Virus record (IMG/VR): IMGVR_UViG_3300034072_001021
Location: 195,141 to 259,140 of that record
Length of the DNA stretch: 64,000 bases
Strand: one strand, 5' to 3'
Of the stretch, positions 61,844 to 64,000 are shown in pieces. The translations under genes were made by a program, and so were the position numbers. The stretch's first letter is position 1; each line of letters starts with the position of its first letter. Under the pieces are notes generated by a model. That model saw only the letters and a program-made list of their open reading frames with translations. It was not told where the DNA came from and did not search any database.

Positions 61844-63217
61844 ATGGAATTCACCCAAACCTCACTTGGTGAGGAGTATAGCCTCATTCAACAGCAGAAG
61901 TTCGACACCTATGCTGAGTATGAGGCCGCCTTCATCACTGACGAAGGTGAGTACCCTGTAATTACGGTAGTCAGTATCGAATGGATTCGTGATTACCGTA
62001 ATGCATCTGCCGATGAGACACAGATCACCGTAGGCATTGAGTGGGGCAAGTATCTGAACCGGGTCTTGCCGTTCAAAGAGAACCTGAAGATGCGGGTGAC
62101 CAAACGGATCATCAACCGCAATGGGTTTGAACTCCCACTCCCCATGATGGAACAGACATTCATTGCTCACCTTCCTCAGGAAGAGGAAACTGACGCCATG
62201 GGCAATCGCCCAGAGACAGCCAGTGAGCGAGTGTCTGATCTGATGGGTATCAAGAAGGTCAGTGTGCAGTTGGAGGAAGAAGCTTTCTCCAGGACGCGTT
62301 CCGAAATGGTCGGTGGCGTCTTCCGTGACTCGAGACCGTATGACATCTTGATTGCGTTGCTCAACAACTCGATCAAGAACATGGATCTGGATAAAGAGAA
62401 CTCCATCAAAGGGATCTCCGCAGTCCCGCCCAACAACATGCAGAAGCGTTCGCACACAGTTCTTCCGCATGGTGTCCCGCTCGTAGCAGTGGCCAACAAA
62501 CTCCAGAAGCAATTCGGTGGTATCTACAACTGTGGTATTGGTTGTTATCTGCAGAAGGGCTTCTGGTACGTCTGGCCTCTGTACAACTACAAGTTGTACG
62601 ACACTGCTGAAAAGACAGCGTTGTTCATTCTCCCTCCCAGCACCCGCTATCGAGGGATCGAATACACCTATCGTAAGAACGGCACTAACTTCGTGGTCAT
62701 GGTCACGGGTGGTTATTCGAAGGTAGACCCTTCTGAAGGCAAGTTGCTGAACGAAGGTAATGGTACGCGCTTTGCCAACACTGATGTCATGATGGAATCA
62801 TTCGTCAGCGTGAAGGGTAACAAGGCAACTGCGTTCCGTAACAACAACGCTAACGAGTACGAAGCTGTTCCCAGAAAGGGCACTAAGATGAATCGGGTGA
62901 CTGACGACATGGCTCAGTCGAATCCGTTCAATGAGGCGTCTAAGATTGCCGAGCGCAACGCTGCTTACGTGATCATGAACTGGGAAAACAGCGATCCAGA
63001 CCTTATCTTCCCCGGCCTACAGGCTGAAGTGGCCTTCATCGCTAACGGTAAAGAGCATTTCATCAATGGTGTTGTCGTGCATGCTCATGCATACTCGGCT
63101 CTGGCAGGTAAAGGTATCCATCAGAAGGCACATCAGGTCACTACCCAGGTAGTCGTGATGATTGATCGTCTGGCTCCGTCTTACAAGGCGTTTCTTGACA
63201 GTCAACAAAACGAATAA
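61844..63217 (+). CDS. probable baseplate hub/tail-tip protein (phiKZ gp101-like)
   Basis: 457 aa; GIYNCGIGCYLQ and NSDPDLIFPG; synteny. Confidence 0.7.
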   Translation: MEFTQTSLGEEYSLIQQQKFDTYAEYEAAFITDEGEYPVITVVSIEWIRDYRNASADETQITVGIEWGKYLNRVLPFKENLKMRVTKRIINRNGFELPLPMMEQTFIAHLPQEEETDAMGNRPETASERVSDLMGIKKVSVQLEEEAFSRTRSEMVGGVFRDSRPYDILIALLNNSIKNMDLDKENSIKGISAVPPNNMQKRSHTVLPHGVPLVAVANKLQKQFGGIYNCGIGCYLQKGFWYVWPLYNYKLYDTAEKTALFILPPSTRYRGIEYTYRKNGTNFVVMVTGGYSKVDPSEGKLLNEGNGTRFANTDVMMESFVSVKGNKATAFRNNNANEYEAVPRKGTKMNRVTDDMAQSNPFNEASKIAERNAAYVIMNWENSDPDLIFPGLQAEVAFIANGKEHFINGVVVHAHAYSALAGKGIHQKAHQVTTQVVVMIDRLAPSYKAFLDSQQNE

Positions 63218-63226
63218 AAAATAATG

Positions 63227-63258
63227 AAACAGTACATTATCATGACGATAGTGCACTG
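63227..63258 (+). promoter_or_regulatory. variant putative early promoter (GTACAT core)
   Basis: ACAGTACATTATCATGACGATAGTGCACTGT, imperfect hairpin. Confidence 0.5.
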
Positions 63259-63275
63259 TATTGAGGTCCACAGCT

Positions 63276-64000
63276 ATGGAAGATAAACATACGCTGGGGC
63301 GTGTAGAGGTCAAAGCAGGAGAAATACTTACCTTTACTTACGATGATCCTTCCCCAGCCAATCGTCGTCATGTCACCGTGGTTGCTCTTTCCGATATTAA
63401 CCTAAGTGATGAGATGGCCGCATTTTACGACCAGCTGGATCGATCGTCCGATGACATTTACACAGAGAACGCTTTGCCTGCTTTCGTGGAATGGCTCTGT
63501 GATAAACGTCTTCTTCATGTCGGTACCGAGGTGTCTGTTCACCTCGGTACTGTCGGAAGACCTGCAGCAAGACTCGCAGGCGAACATCGGTTCAAAATCA
63601 ATCCAGAATCATTCTGGGAGGAGAAACTCAGCCATCGTTACATGAGTAACTCCTTTGTCGTCTACAACCATCAAGAACACATGCTCACCGTCATGATGGG
63701 CATTGAAGCACCGTTCTCGATTCTTGCAGATATCATCAACCTCGAAGGAAAGCACCTCGGCATCCTTCATCTATCCGTTCTGTCTAATGGTCGTCACACG
63801 ACTCTTAGTTCAGAAGACCTGGAGGTTATACGTTCGGCGTTGCAAGCCGACATATCGCTTCATGTGCAAGAGATCAGTGCTCTGGTAGAGCGTGTTACTC
63901 TCTTGACCAATCCAGAGTTTGGCTTGAACAGCTTCAACATACACTTCGAAACCCCTTCACCCACCGAAAGAAAGTACGAGAAACTAAAGGACCCTGCTAA
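63276..64000 (+). CDS. hypothetical protein, runs off the window (more than 241 aa; not in ORF track)
   Basis: ATG at 63276 after GAGG; frame MEDKHTLGRVEVKAGE... stays open to the end of the window. Confidence 0.75.
   Translation, partial: MEDKHTLGRVEVKAGEILTFTYDDPSPANRRHVTVVALSDINLSDEMAAFYDQLDRSSDDIYTENALPAFVEWLCDKRLLHVGTEVSVHLGTVGRPAARLAGEHRFKINPESFWEEKLSHRYMSNSFVVYNHQEHMLTVMMGIEAPFSILADIINLEGKHLGILHLSVLSNGRHTTLSSEDLEVIRSALQADISLHVQEISALVERVTLLTNPEFGLNSFNIHFETPSPTERKYEKLKDPA

Overview
This window is a segment of a phiKZ-related, nucleus-forming jumbo phage (Chimalliviridae). Protein families were assigned from motifs and remembered synteny, not database searches, so the phiKZ gene numbers below are tentative. 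Left arm (1-22.7 kb): chimallin (nuclear shell), non-virion RNA polymerase subunits (beta'-N with NADYDGD, sigma-like gp68-type factor, beta-C, beta'-C), an SbcD/Mre11 nuclease, an SSB-like protein, a probable PicA/Imp1 importer, and an SF2 helicase carrying a 202-aa Ala1 class-3 intein in its Walker A motif. Middle (22.7-31.6 kb): a virion RNAP beta' fragment and a 956-aa tandem-repeat protein. Accessory island (31.7-41.2 kb): putative counter-defence genes (DarG-like macrodomain, CX5R phosphatase, candidate nucleotide-sponge fusion, membrane-anchored SNase, HNH endonuclease), two canonical tRNAs (Asn-GTT, Thr-TGT), and about 2.5 kb of non-coding, heavily base-paired sequence. That sequence resolves into several large (roughly 200-610 nt) structured RNA candidates, some with tRNA-like ends around expanded cores, and it is the least explained part of the window. 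Right arm (41.2-64 kb): the exonuclease/motif-A subunit of a split family-B DNA polymerase and the virion head/inner-body/baseplate cluster, with S/A/G-x-E protease sites. An ATACAT-core putative early promoter recurs about ten times on the + strand, mostly inside imperfect inverted repeats. No CRISPR array, rRNA or IS element was seen.
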